Positions 40,849-51,746 of a DNA stretch of 64,000 bases are shown here, piece by piece. Origin of the DNA: a bacterium (GTDB lineage: Bacteria > SAR324 > NAC60-12); the NCBI GenBank assembly GCA_965209155.1, contig OZ242383.1, forward strand, positions 3,456,001-3,520,000, written 5' to 3'. The notes under the pieces were generated by a model. That model was given only the letters and a program-made list of their open reading frames with translations, had not been told where the DNA came from and made no database searches. The translations under genes and the position numbers were made by a program. Numbering within the stretch: the first letter of the stretch is position 1; each line of letters begins with the position of its first letter.

Positions 40849-41973
40849 TTGGCAAAACGCGATTATTATGAGGTTCTTGGTGTTTCCAAATCGGCATCTG
40901 ACGATGATTTAAAAAAAGCCTATCGCAAAGTTGCATTAAAATACCACCCCGATCGTAACCCTGGAGACAAAAAAGCGGAAGAAAGATTCAAGGAAGCGAC
41001 TGAAGCATATGAAGTACTCAGCCACGCCGAAAAAAGAGCCCGTTATGACCGTTTTGGGCATGCAGGCGTGGGACAGGGTTCCGAAGGGGTGGGAGATCCT
41101 TTTTCAGGATTCGGGAGTGGTGGTTTAGGAGATGTGTTTGATGATATTTTCGGTCAATTCTTTGGAGGATCATCTCGCAGCGGCGCTTCCCGCAGAGCGC
41201 AGCGTGGTGCGGATCTGCAATATAATCTGGAAATTTCATTTGAACAAGCCGCTTTCGGACACAGCGCGGACCTCGATATTCCGCGTCTGGAAACCTGTGG
41301 ACAATGCGGGGGACTGGGAGCCCGTTCCGCAAAGGATATCGAAATTTGTGGTGTCTGTCAGGGAACAGGGCAACAAAATATCCAGCAAGGTTTTTTCAGC
41401 GTGGCCACCACTTGCAATCGCTGTCATGGAGAAGGAAAAATTATCAGACGACCCTGCCTCACGTGTCAAGGAAGTACTCGTGTCAGAAAGACCAAATCTT
41501 TGCGTGTCAATATTCCTGCAGGGGTCGACAACGGATCCCGTATCAAATTATCTGGCGAAGGGGAACAAGGCCCGCAAGGTGGACCTGCGGGTGATCTGCA
41601 CGTCGTGCTGCACGTCCAGGATCATCCTATTTTTGAAAGGGTTGATAGCGATCTCTATTGTGAAGTACCGATCAGTTTCAGCAAAGCAGCGCTGGGAACG
41701 GAAATTGAAGTTCCCACCTTGGAGGGAGCTGCACGACTGAAAATTCCCTCGGGATCACAAACTCACAGAGTTTTTCGTCTACGCAACAAAGGCATTGTCC
41801 ATCTGAGAACAAACAAAAGGGGAGACTTGCATGTCCGAATCGTCGTCGAGACCCCCACCAATCTGACATCTAAACAGAAAGATCTGTTAGAAGAATTCGA
41901 AAAAATTTCCAATGAACAAAGCCATCCCTTGCATACAAAATTCGTAGACAAAATCAAAGAATTGTTTTCCTGA
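40849..41973 (+). CDS. dnaJ: Chaperone DnaJ
   Basis: DYYEVLG, HPD, G/F-rich region, four CXXCXGXG-type repeats; TTG start. Confidence 0.98.
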   Translation: MAKRDYYEVLGVSKSASDDDLKKAYRKVALKYHPDRNPGDKKAEERFKEATEAYEVLSHAEKRARYDRFGHAGVGQGSEGVGDPFSGFGSGGLGDVFDDIFGQFFGGSSRSGASRRAQRGADLQYNLEISFEQAAFGHSADLDIPRLETCGQCGGLGARSAKDIEICGVCQGTGQQNIQQGFFSVATTCNRCHGEGKIIRRPCLTCQGSTRVRKTKSLRVNIPAGVDNGSRIKLSGEGEQGPQGGPAGDLHVVLHVQDHPIFERVDSDLYCEVPISFSKAALGTEIEVPTLEGAARLKIPSGSQTHRVFRLRNKGIVHLRTNKRGDLHVRIVVETPTNLTSKQKDLLEEFEKISNEQSHPLHTKFVDKIKELFS

Positions 41974-42081
41974 CCCTTGCTATCAATCAGGTTTTTCACT
42001 ACTTCGCTGGATCACGCCTTTTGTATATCAGCTGAACACGAGAAATTCATCCGGCAAAGCTATTGCCATGAAAGTCCATTT

Positions 42082-43242
42082 ATGACTCATTCCGACAATG
42101 TCCATCTTCTGCAATTGGAAGACAAGGAAGTGCTTCTCATAGGCACTGCCCATATTTCCCGGAAAAGTACCGAGGAAGTCACGCAGGTAATCGAGCAGGA
42201 ACTGCCTGAGACGGTATGCGTGGAACTGTGCAATTCCCGGTACGAAGCCCTTTCCGGCAAAGACCGCTGGAAAAACATGGACATTTTTAAAGTCATCCGG
42301 GAGAAAAAATCATTTCTACTCTTAGCCAATATCATTCTGGCATCATTTCAAAAAAGATTGGGTAGCAAACTTGGCATTCAACCAGGTCGGGAAATGATTG
42401 CCGCCATTGATTCCGCAAAAGACATTCAGGCAACCGTCGTGTTGGCAGACCGAGATGTGCAAACCACCTTTCAGAAAACCTGGCGCATGCTCCCACTTCG
42501 CGAAAAAGTCAAAGTGCTGATGCAGATGATCATGAGTGTTTTTGTCTCCGAGGAAATCAGTCAAGACGAAATCGAAAATATGAAAACTCAGGATGTATTG
42601 ACAGAAACGATGGAACTCTTTTCTCGTCAATCACCGATGATGAAAAAAATTCTCATTGATGAACGAGATCAATATCTTGCTGAAAAAATCAGAACGGCGC
42701 CTGGGAAGAAAATAATCGCGGTAGTAGGCGCCGGGCATGTACATGGAATAAAAAGAGAAATTTACCATTCACATGACTTGCATGGTTTGGAGAATGTACC
42801 ACCTCCCGCCCAATGGGGAAGGTGGCTGAAATGGGGCATTCCCGCATTGATTATTGCTCTGATTTCCTATGGTTTTTTTCTCGCAGATTGGGATGTTGGT
42901 ATTGAAATGGTAAAACGATGGTTTTTGATAAATGGCTTTTTTTCAGCACTTGGAGTAATTCTGGCAGCCGGTCATCCCCTGACCATCCTCACTGCTTTCA
43001 TTGCTGCTCCTTTCACGTCGCTCAATCCGACTATTGCTGCTGGATGGATCGCAGGATTGGTTGAAGCGTTTGTGCGCAAACCGCAAGTTCAGGATTTTGA
43101 AAACCTTATTGACGATATCACCCACATTTCTGGTTTCTGGAGAAACAAAGTCACTCGTATTCTCCTCATTGTCGTATTTGCCAACGTCGGCAGTATGGCA
43201 GGTACTTTCATTGGGGGTGGGGCCATCATCGAATTGTTATAA
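42082..43242 (+). CDS. TraB/GumN family (pheromone shutdown-like) membrane protein
   Basis: LIGTAHISRKS, VCVELC..RY, PGREM, DERDQYLA, VVGAGHV; C-terminal TM segments. Confidence 0.9.
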   Translation: MTHSDNVHLLQLEDKEVLLIGTAHISRKSTEEVTQVIEQELPETVCVELCNSRYEALSGKDRWKNMDIFKVIREKKSFLLLANIILASFQKRLGSKLGIQPGREMIAAIDSAKDIQATVVLADRDVQTTFQKTWRMLPLREKVKVLMQMIMSVFVSEEISQDEIENMKTQDVLTETMELFSRQSPMMKKILIDERDQYLAEKIRTAPGKKIIAVVGAGHVHGIKREIYHSHDLHGLENVPPPAQWGRWLKWGIPALIIALISYGFFLADWDVGIEMVKRWFLINGFFSALGVILAAGHPLTILTAFIAAPFTSLNPTIAAGWIAGLVEAFVRKPQVQDFENLIDDITHISGFWRNKVTRILLIVVFANVGSMAGTFIGGGAIIELL

Positions 43243-43261
43243 TATTTCCAGGAGAGCATGG

Positions 43262-43879
43262 ATGTTGCGATTCTTTTTCGATGTTGACGGAGTTTTACTT
43301 GATTTTGAAATGAGTTACGTTCGTGTGTTGAATAAATACTTTCATATGGAAATCTCTGAAGATTTCGAGAGCACGGACTGGTTTTTCAAGGATGTCCTGG
43401 ATGAACGTCTACTGGAAGAAAGTTGGGAATATTTTATAAACAGCGAACATTTCAGCCAACTGACTCCGCTGGTCGACCCGCGACGGTTCAATCGGATTTT
43501 TGGAGCATACCCGGTGCATTTCATTACAAATATACCTGCGCGTTATTTGGAAATGCGGAAACAAAATCTCAAAAACGCGGGATTTCGCTGGAATTCCATC
43601 CATTGTGGAGGTATGCTTTCTTATGATGACAATCCTCCGGTAACCAAGGCGGATATTATCCGGCAATTGGTTCGGGAAAGGGAAACTTTGATTTTTTTAG
43701 ACGATCACCCAGACAATTGCATCAATGTTTTTGAGAGTTTTTCACAGGCGAAAATCTGGCTTATTTCGCGTCCTTTCAATCTGAACTTCACCCATTCCAT
43801 GATTCGCCGTGCTGAACACTGGGATACATTCATTGCATTCTCAAAAGAGTTGATCAACACAGTAGCGAACCACAATTAA
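43262..43879 (+). CDS. HAD-superfamily hydrolase (5'(3')-nucleotidase-like)
   Basis: FDVDGVLLD motif I, HFIT motif II, K motif III, FLDDHPDN motif IV; GGAG RBS. Confidence 0.8.
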   Translation: MLRFFFDVDGVLLDFEMSYVRVLNKYFHMEISEDFESTDWFFKDVLDERLLEESWEYFINSEHFSQLTPLVDPRRFNRIFGAYPVHFITNIPARYLEMRKQNLKNAGFRWNSIHCGGMLSYDDNPPVTKADIIRQLVRERETLIFLDDHPDNCINVFESFSQAKIWLISRPFNLNFTHSMIRRAEHWDTFIAFSKELINTVANHN

Positions 43880-44031
43880 TCTTCCTGAACATCTCGTTTC
43901 GTCACGAAAGTCTGACCAGACATCTCCTCATCCCTTGATCCTTCCCGTGGGATAGTCTCAAGCATACAACCTTGGGTACGGTTTGCTCAATCCAGTTTCG
44001 GAAAATCTTTTAACAACCAAAAATAAAGACT

Positions 44032-45579
44032 TCAAAAAGAATAGGATATCCGGCCCACTAGATGAACGATGGGATCATTTTTTTCCAAAGGTGTTTGATT
44101 GTCATTATAATTGAATGCATCACCTGCTTGGAAAAAATTGAGTTCAAACTCCGTATGCAAGTTTTTATTCCATTTCCAATATAGCGTGTTATCCCACTCT
44201 ACACCGATATTTTGCACTTTCTTTCCTCTCTCATTAAGGGTAGATTGGGTACGAGTTAGCTGAAACAATCCTCCACGGTACATTAAGGAATAATCCTCCA
44301 AATTTAAAAAATACCATCCTCCAAACATTGTAGTATTATTTACCGAATGTCCCAAACCTGTTCCACTTGTCAACCCCAAACCTCTGCCATTGAAGTAAAA
44401 ATTAGTACCTCGATAGGTACCCGGGACTATCTCATGATAGCCATTCAAAGTTCTTAAAAAATTCATGCCACTGTTCTCAGGATCATTTTTTTCTTCATCA
44501 CCTGACGCGATCAGTCCTCGAAAACCAAATTGATGGTTATCAAGCCGATAACTCAATTCCAATTCGCTGGCAACACCAGCTATCGGGTGTCTGGGTTGCG
44601 TTGTATTTCCAGACGAGTGATAGCGGCGCTTCCCTTGATTGCCTGTTAGATCAAATTTTAAATCAAGTGGAAAACGTTCCCAATTTACGAGAATACCAAA
44701 ATAATCCTGCTCGATGGCATCATAGTACCAAGGATTCCCCGAACCATCCTTTGCTCTCAGTGTATCTGCCGAGTTTTCGAAAATGGGACCACTACTCTTA
44801 CCTAAGGGAATATCACGTTCCGTATAGAGGATTCGGAAAATTTCAATTTCCAGCAGGTGGGATGTGCTGCCATCTTCATGTTGATTGTGAACCACCGGAT
44901 ATTCCAGGGATCCGTAGTAGAGCCAGTCGGCCGAACTTCGACCAATTTTTGCAGCGCCCAACTGATAACACCAGGTTCCGATAGTGCATTCTTGAGAAAA
45001 ACCGGTCAGGATACCGCTGAAAACTTTGCCCCGGCGTTCGCCGAGATTGAATTCATGTTTTCCCGCTCTGAGAATGTTGCGAGGATTGGAGTTGTATTCC
45101 AAAAATGCCTGTCGTGCCTGCAGCTGAGCAGCTTGCGAATCGGGTACCTGCTGTAAGGAATTCCCACTCCTCAGATTCGCGTCTTGCCAGGGTCCTTGCT
45201 GGATTTCCAATTCGGCATTGACGGAGAGATTACGATGGAAAATAGAACGTAGTCCAATTCTCAGTTCGTGTTCGAATGAGAGTTTCCCGGGGTCGTATTC
45301 CCCTTCTTCGACGGGAGGAAGCGTGCCACTATTCATATGTCTGACCTGTAAGCGATAATCTGCCGAAATTTTCATTCCTGCAGAAAACATGAGGGTATCT
45401 TCTCTTTCTTCTACGTCTTCTGCACTCAAAGGCGTAAAATTTGATTGAGCGAATACATTGGCTGCAATCCATAAAAAAACGATCCAACTGATAAGAAGGA
45501 TTTGAATACAATATAGTGACTGCTTGTCGCTGACGGTGTTCAATTGTCTGCCATTTTTAAGTAGAAGAAATTTTTTCAT
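44032..45579 (-). CDS. Predicted outer-membrane beta-barrel protein (alginate-export-like)
   Basis: Signal peptide ending VFA-Q, alternating beta-strand pattern, ASGDE loop, C-terminal ISYSF. Confidence 0.7.
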   Translation of the reverse strand: MKKFLLLKNGRQLNTVSDKQSLYCIQILLISWIVFLWIAANVFAQSNFTPLSAEDVEEREDTLMFSAGMKISADYRLQVRHMNSGTLPPVEEGEYDPGKLSFEHELRIGLRSIFHRNLSVNAELEIQQGPWQDANLRSGNSLQQVPDSQAAQLQARQAFLEYNSNPRNILRAGKHEFNLGERRGKVFSGILTGFSQECTIGTWCYQLGAAKIGRSSADWLYYGSLEYPVVHNQHEDGSTSHLLEIEIFRILYTERDIPLGKSSGPIFENSADTLRAKDGSGNPWYYDAIEQDYFGILVNWERFPLDLKFDLTGNQGKRRYHSSGNTTQPRHPIAGVASELELSYRLDNHQFGFRGLIASGDEEKNDPENSGMNFLRTLNGYHEIVPGTYRGTNFYFNGRGLGLTSGTGLGHSVNNTTMFGGWYFLNLEDYSLMYRGGLFQLTRTQSTLNERGKKVQNIGVEWDNTLYWKWNKNLHTEFELNFFQAGDAFNYNDNQTPLEKNDPIVHLVGRISYSF

Positions 45580-45811
45580 AGGAATTTGTCCAGAATGGTT
45601 GAGCAAGAATGTATAGAGAACCTGCGCTGTTTTTATAAAGAAAAACCTGTTGTTTCACAAGCGTTTTTAAAATCCTTTGGAAAAAACTGGTCTTTCCATA
45701 ATACACTTATTACAAATACTGAACCATTATTACCAATAGTTCATCCATCCTGCTAAGCCTTTCAATTGGTGTGCGGAACGGTCATACAGACGCATTTCAC
45801 TGAAGATTTTC

Positions 45812-47569
45812 ATGAACGTCAGCCAACTGCCAAGACGGAAAATCTGGAAATTTCTACCTGCTCCAGAAACCAAACTCGTACAAAAAGTGAGTGAAGAATT
45901 CCAGTTGTCATTTTTAGTAAGCAGCATTTTAATCAGACGGGGCTATGAGACCTCGGAGGCTATACACGGTTTTTTAAATCCTCAGCTTACCGACTTACGT
46001 GATCCTTATTTGATGCGGGATATGCGGAATGCTGTGGACCTGTTGCAAAGGGCAATTGTCGCGCAAAAACGCATTGTGATTCTTGGCGACTATGACGTTG
46101 ATGGCATCACGGCAACTGCAATGATGATGATGTTTCTGAAGTCTTGTGAATGCCGGGAAATCGATTATTTCATTCCCAATCGCTTTGAACACGGTTATGG
46201 TTTGACTCAAGCCAGTGTAGACGTATTGCTGCAGATGCGCCCGGATCTGGTGCTCACCGTGGACAATGGCATCACTGCCTTGCGTGAAGTCGAAATTCTG
46301 CAAGAGCAGGGTATCCAGACTTTGATTACCGATCACCATCTTAGCGATTCCAGCGGGTCGGTTCGTAAAAATGATCAACCTGCTCGGATCCCTCTTGGAG
46401 TGGTGGTCAATCCCAACCGACCCGATTGTGATTATCCGTTCAAAGGGATTTCAGGATGTGGTGTTGCCTTAAAACTACTGATGGCTCTGAGAAAGGCATT
46501 GCGTGGTTCCAATTTTTGGACTGTTGCCAAACCACAGCCCAACTTGCAGGCGTATCTCGACCTGGTCGCCCTGGGCACCGTCGCCGACGTCGTTCCTTTA
46601 GTAGACGAAAACCGCATTTTGGTACATTTTGGTATTCAACAAATGAATGCGCATCCTCGTATCGGGATTCAAGCGCTTTCTCGCTTAAAAAATGTTAAAA
46701 CCATCAATAGCCAAACCCTCGCGTTTCAATTTGCTCCACTTTTGAATGCAGCAGGACGGATGCGCAATGCATCCATCGGAGTAAAATTACTCTTGAGTGA
46801 GGATTTTAAGGAAGCGGGAGAGATTGCAAGAGCACTCGATCGAGTCAACCAGGAACGCCGAGAGACCGAAGCCGGCATGTTGGAAATTGCCACTGCGCAA
46901 GCAAAATCGCGTCAACATCAACACAGCTTGATACTCCACTCATCTCGATTTCATGAAGGCATCAGTGGCATTGTGGCAGCGAGGATGGTTGATAAATTTT
47001 ACAAACCGACGATTGTCTGCGCAAAAAATGGCAATTACTTTAAATGCTCTGCACGATCCATCCCGGAACTCCATATCAAAGACGTCCTGAATCAGTGTGC
47101 TGAACAACTGGAAAGATTTGGAGGCCATGCCGGTGCGGCAGGTTGTACGGTTCATGAAGAACGATTTGAAGCATTTGTCGAGCAATTTGAAACGACTTGT
47201 GAAACTTTCCTGACGGTTGACGGACAAATTCAAATTCCACAGCCCCTGCTGAAGCTCGAGGGAGAACTGACTCTTCAGGCCATTGATTGGCAACTGATTG
47301 ATCAATTGGAATTAATGCAACCTTTTGGAGCCGCCAATCCGATTCCTCTTTTTTCGATCCCCTCTCCTCTACATCCTTTCCAAACACTGAAAGGAAAACA
47401 TCTTAAATGGAGCATTGCTGGAAGAGAAATCGTCGGGTGGAATTTAGCTGAATCGTTTTTAAAGGCTCGGGTAATGAATCGAATGCCTCTGAAATTAGCA
47501 GTTTTTCCAGGTGTCAATGAGTTTCAAGGTCGGCGATCCATTCAGCTTATGATTGAGGATTTTCAATAA
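45812..47569 (+). CDS. recJ: Single-stranded-DNA exonuclease RecJ
   Basis: GDYDVDG, TVDNG, ITDHH, LGTVADVV, NAAGR, GGHAGAAG, PFGAANP. Confidence 0.96.
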   Translation: MNVSQLPRRKIWKFLPAPETKLVQKVSEEFQLSFLVSSILIRRGYETSEAIHGFLNPQLTDLRDPYLMRDMRNAVDLLQRAIVAQKRIVILGDYDVDGITATAMMMMFLKSCECREIDYFIPNRFEHGYGLTQASVDVLLQMRPDLVLTVDNGITALREVEILQEQGIQTLITDHHLSDSSGSVRKNDQPARIPLGVVVNPNRPDCDYPFKGISGCGVALKLLMALRKALRGSNFWTVAKPQPNLQAYLDLVALGTVADVVPLVDENRILVHFGIQQMNAHPRIGIQALSRLKNVKTINSQTLAFQFAPLLNAAGRMRNASIGVKLLLSEDFKEAGEIARALDRVNQERRETEAGMLEIATAQAKSRQHQHSLILHSSRFHEGISGIVAARMVDKFYKPTIVCAKNGNYFKCSARSIPELHIKDVLNQCAEQLERFGGHAGAAGCTVHEERFEAFVEQFETTCETFLTVDGQIQIPQPLLKLEGELTLQAIDWQLIDQLELMQPFGAANPIPLFSIPSPLHPFQTLKGKHLKWSIAGREIVGWNLAESFLKARVMNRMPLKLAVFPGVNEFQGRRSIQLMIEDFQ

Positions 47570-47596
47570 AAAAGAATGGTAACGAGTCTCAAGGAT

Positions 47597-48637
47597 TCAT
47601 GGGGAAGACGATGCAATTCTCCGTTGCGAAAGTTTTTCCAGTATCAGAACGACAGCAACTCCTGCAATCACCAAAATCACTGACAAGAGGAAATGGCTAT
47701 CAAATTTTGTGGGTAGAATGTTTTGTTCTTGCAAAACATAAGTTTCCCCTTGTATCACTTTGCTTTCTAAAACTTCCTTCCACGGCCAGATTTTCCGCAT
47801 CGCACCAATCATCACGCCTGTCAGAAATGCCATGGTAGCCTGGTGATAAAGACTGAGAAAAAATTTTAAGATCCGTGAAAAACTCACAATGCCAATCAGA
47901 CCACCCGCTGTAAACAGGGAAATCACCAGCAGGTTCTCAAAATTGAAAGGATTTTTAATTGCCCCTATGACAAATTCATATTTTCCTAAAATCAACAATA
48001 AGAAAGACCCGCTCAATCCAGGCAAGACCATTGCGCAAATAACTATGATGCCGCTGAAGACCAGGAACCACCAGGTTTCTGGAGTCGTGACGGGAATCAT
48101 GCCCACAATCAGAAAAGCGCTCAGCCCCCCGGTGCCAGTAAGAAAAATGGTGGGGCCTTGCCATGAATCGATTTCTTTGCCAACAACGAAAATGGAGGCA
48201 AGAATCAATCCGAAAAACAAAGACCAGGTCAATACCGCGTGGTTGTTAATAAAATAATGCATCACCCTGGCTGTTGTGAGGATGGCGACAGCAATTCCAA
48301 GAAAAAGAGTCAGTAGAAATCTTAAATGGATTTCTGCCAAAGCGCTCTTCCAATCCAATCGCAGGAGATTCTTCACGAAGATCAGATTGATGGAAACAAT
48401 TGCCCCTAACCATTGGGAATAAATACCCGTAATGAAAGCAATGGTGCCTCCGGAAATTCCCGGGATGATATCTGCAGTGCCCATACAAAATCCTTTTGCT
48501 ATCAAAAGCTGAAAATCCTTCCGAGTCCGCGGTCCCGGGCTGTAAAGCCATGCTGCCTTCCAACTGGTCGGTGGCAATTCAATGCTTTTTGAAATCTTAT
48601 TGGGGGTCGGCAGATCTGACGGAGGAGGAGCTTCCAT
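47597..48637 (-). CDS. DUF368 membrane protein (undecaprenyl-phosphate translocase family)
   Basis: MGTADIIPGISGGTIA, CAMVLPGLSGS, KIWPW. Confidence 0.9.
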   Translation of the reverse strand: MEAPPPSDLPTPNKISKSIELPPTSWKAAWLYSPGPRTRKDFQLLIAKGFCMGTADIIPGISGGTIAFITGIYSQWLGAIVSINLIFVKNLLRLDWKSALAEIHLRFLLTLFLGIAVAILTTARVMHYFINNHAVLTWSLFFGLILASIFVVGKEIDSWQGPTIFLTGTGGLSAFLIVGMIPVTTPETWWFLVFSGIIVICAMVLPGLSGSFLLLILGKYEFVIGAIKNPFNFENLLVISLFTAGGLIGIVSFSRILKFFLSLYHQATMAFLTGVMIGAMRKIWPWKEVLESKVIQGETYVLQEQNILPTKFDSHFLLSVILVIAGVAVVLILEKLSQRRIASSSP

Positions 48638-49014
48638 AGCAGGTGGGGAGATGGTACGTTTTCCAATTTCCAGAAGATAGAGATTTTTATTGAATACCAG
48701 AAAACAGGTCAAACTAAATCGGTGTTTTCACTCTCCTTTACAAATTTTCGCCTCTTGCCAGGGAGGGAAGAGTTGTTTTTTTTCAACATTTCAATAAAAT
48801 ATCTCCTAAATCTGTTTTTGAATGAGTTTTTCAACCCGGGCTATAACCATACTCCAGTGAGACTGGTACAATTTCGTGGATACGGGGTCATGACCGGAAA
48901 GACACATCATGATTTTCAAGCGACTGAGATAACCAATCTGATTTCAGATCCGGATTCGCCTGAGGTGTTAGCGCATGTGCAACGTCGTGATACAATTTGA
49001 GAAGATCCAATTTA

Positions 49015-50415
49015 ATGGCAACAATGGCTGGTGAGTTATTAAGAGAAGCATTGCGTCGCAAAGGAATTGGCCCTAAAGGCAGCAAAAAGCTACCCGCGGC
49101 GATGTTGCAGCAAGTCCTTCCGATGCTCTCGGAAGCAGAAACCAACCGAACTACGGCGGCTGCTTTCTGGACCGCTTGTTTGTTGCTGGATAATTCTGAT
49201 GAAGAAGAAAAATATATTGCTCCTGTCAGACAAGAACCGGATCGATTCCTTTTACCGGAATTGCAGGCCTTGACATCCGTTGCCACAGGTCGACAATATC
49301 CTGTAGAATTTCTGGCGATCATCCGAAAATTGATTGAAAGGCGCGACCTGAGCATCGAGGAAGCGCATCGCGCGATGGAATTTTTTTGGCAAGATAGCAC
49401 CCCCGAATGGATGAAAGCGGCTTTTCTACAGGCGGAACGGGTCAAACGGGAAAGTTTTGAGGAAAATTTCGTATTTTTCCATTCCCTTTGGTCTCGTGGG
49501 CAACGCATAGAAGTGGATCTGCCCGTATTGGTGGACTTATGCGATAGCTATGATGGCACCAATCGCAGTTACCATTTGACACCTTTTGTGGCGGCACTTC
49601 TCGGGGCGTCAGGGGTTCCCACCGTTTTGCATGGCATCGAATCCCTGGCCCCCAAGTACGGCATCACAACAGCCCAAATCCTGCGCCTGTCAAGAAAGTC
49701 CACAACGCTTTCCTTGCAGCAAGCAAGAGAAAACTTGCTCAATCCCGGAATACAATGGTGTTACATCGATCAATCCGTCTCCTTTCCGGAATTATTTACC
49801 ATGCGTCAATTGCGTCATGACATGGTAAAGCGCCCTTTTTTGGCGACTTTTGATAAATTTCTGCAACCCGTTCATAATCGAAGGGGCAATATTGTTATTT
49901 CCGGGTATGTTCATCCCCATTATCGCAGCGAGATCATTAAACTCTTGAGTCTGCGCAACCAAAGCCAAATGGCTTTCAACTTAAGAACCATTGAAGGATC
50001 AACAAACTGCTGGGGAAAAAAACCTACCCCCTATATTGGCTACCATCGAGGAACCAATCGCAGTGTTATGGGTGAAATGCAGTTTCCTTGCGCAACAGAT
50101 CCGGAACTTCCCATTGCGGAATTCCTCAACGCGCAGGGGAATCATCTCGCGGAAGGAGAGTTAGTGCCTGAAGAATTTGGCATTCATCGCGAGGATCATT
50201 GCTTGATCAAAGGAATTACGGTTAATCAATCTACTCGGGCCGGGCTCTCGGCTTTACAAGGGGAACGCGGACTGATTTTTGATTTACTCATTTTTCAGAC
50301 GGCCGCTTTTCTATGGCTCAGCCGCTTGGTGTCCGATAAAAAAGAAGCTGCTGAAAAAGTTCGAGAGACGCTGGAATCAAAAAAAGCCTGGAGGCATTGG
50401 CAAAGGCAAACCTGA
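49015..50415 (+). CDS. Anthranilate phosphoribosyltransferase-like (YbiB-type) protein
   Basis: GIGPKGSK, SYDG in place of GTGGD, VLHG..LAPKYG, KRPFLAT, GYVHP. Confidence 0.75.
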   Translation: MATMAGELLREALRRKGIGPKGSKKLPAAMLQQVLPMLSEAETNRTTAAAFWTACLLLDNSDEEEKYIAPVRQEPDRFLLPELQALTSVATGRQYPVEFLAIIRKLIERRDLSIEEAHRAMEFFWQDSTPEWMKAAFLQAERVKRESFEENFVFFHSLWSRGQRIEVDLPVLVDLCDSYDGTNRSYHLTPFVAALLGASGVPTVLHGIESLAPKYGITTAQILRLSRKSTTLSLQQARENLLNPGIQWCYIDQSVSFPELFTMRQLRHDMVKRPFLATFDKFLQPVHNRRGNIVISGYVHPHYRSEIIKLLSLRNQSQMAFNLRTIEGSTNCWGKKPTPYIGYHRGTNRSVMGEMQFPCATDPELPIAEFLNAQGNHLAEGELVPEEFGIHREDHCLIKGITVNQSTRAGLSALQGERGLIFDLLIFQTAAFLWLSRLVSDKKEAAEKVRETLESKKAWRHWQRQT

Positions 50416-50486
50416 ATGCTTCTTCCGCTTATATTAAAAAAAACATTACTGTAAAAAATGCTTTTACTTGAAGGGAATAAGAAATT

Positions 50487-51746
50487 ATGTCAAACACGCA
50501 AAAAAATCTGTACGAACTCGGGGAGAGGCCGGAACCAGGAGTGGTTCCCCCCAATATGCATGCCTTCCTGGTACGACAGGATCGCTTTGGAGAACCTATC
50601 CACGCCTGGAAACGGGAAATCATTCCCACTCCCCAAATCGGCCCCAAAGACGTCCTAGTATACGTGATGGCCAGTGGCATTAACTACAATAATGTTTGGG
50701 CGGCATTGGGGTATCCCGTTGATGTGATTGCCGATCGTCAGAAAAAAGGGGAGCCCGAGGATTTCCATGCTGGCGGCAGCGACTGCTCCGGTATTGTCTG
50801 GAAAGTGGGAGATGAAGTGCACGATTGGAAAGTGGGAGATGAAGTAGTGGTTCACAGTGGTTGGTGGGAACCGGATGATCCCTGGGTGCTTTCAGGAAAG
50901 GACCCGATGCTTGCTCCCAGCACAAGAATTTGGGGATACCAGACCAATTATGGCAGTTATTGTCAATTTGCCCGTGCGCAATCCCATCAATTGCAACCGC
51001 GTCCACAGCATCTCACCTGGGAAGCATCGGGCTGTTATATGTTGTGCGCCTCCACGGCATACCGCATGCTGATGGGATGGGAACCTCATGTTGTGCAAAA
51101 GGGGGATGCCGTTCTGGTCTGGGGCGCTGCAGGTGGATTGGGTAGTTTGGCTTTACAAATTACCGCTGCTCATGGAGGAAAACCGATTGCAGTCGTTTCT
51201 GGTGAGGACAAAATACAATACTGTCTGGACCATGGTGCTGTTGGAGCGATCAATCGTAAGGATTTTGACCATTGGGGACCCATGCCGGACACCACTTCTG
51301 CGGAATATGGCCCCTGGATCAAAGCGGCGCGATCCTTCGGCAAAGCAATCTGGCAAATCCTGGGGGAGCGAAAAAACCCTCGTATCGTCTTTGAGCATCC
51401 CGGAGAATCCACCCTTCCCACCTCCGAATTTGTTTGTGACACTGGTGGTATGATTGTGATTTGCGCAGGAACGAGCGGGTACAACGTCACCATGGATTTA
51501 CGCTACCATTGGATGATGCAGAAACGCTTCCAGGGAAGCCATCTTTCCAACGATGAACAGGCTGCTGCCATGAACCAGTTGATCGCTGACAAAAAAGTGG
51601 ACCCTTGCCTGTCCGAGACTTTCACCTTCGACCAAATAGGCCATGCGCATCAATTGATGCATGAAAACAAGCATCCCCATGGCAATATGGCCTGTTTGGT
51701 CAATGCCACCGAAAAAGGACAGGGAGCTTCCCCAGGCTCAAACTAG
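50487..51746 (+). CDS. ccrA: Crotonyl-CoA carboxylase/reductase
   Basis: [45 protein letters not shown]. Confidence 0.92.
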   Translation: MSNTQKNLYELGERPEPGVVPPNMHAFLVRQDRFGEPIHAWKREIIPTPQIGPKDVLVYVMASGINYNNVWAALGYPVDVIADRQKKGEPEDFHAGGSDCSGIVWKVGDEVHDWKVGDEVVVHSGWWEPDDPWVLSGKDPMLAPSTRIWGYQTNYGSYCQFARAQSHQLQPRPQHLTWEASGCYMLCASTAYRMLMGWEPHVVQKGDAVLVWGAAGGLGSLALQITAAHGGKPIAVVSGEDKIQYCLDHGAVGAINRKDFDHWGPMPDTTSAEYGPWIKAARSFGKAIWQILGERKNPRIVFEHPGESTLPTSEFVCDTGGMIVICAGTSGYNVTMDLRYHWMMQKRFQGSHLSNDEQAAAMNQLIADKKVDPCLSETFTFDQIGHAHQLMHENKHPHGNMACLVNATEKGQGASPGSN

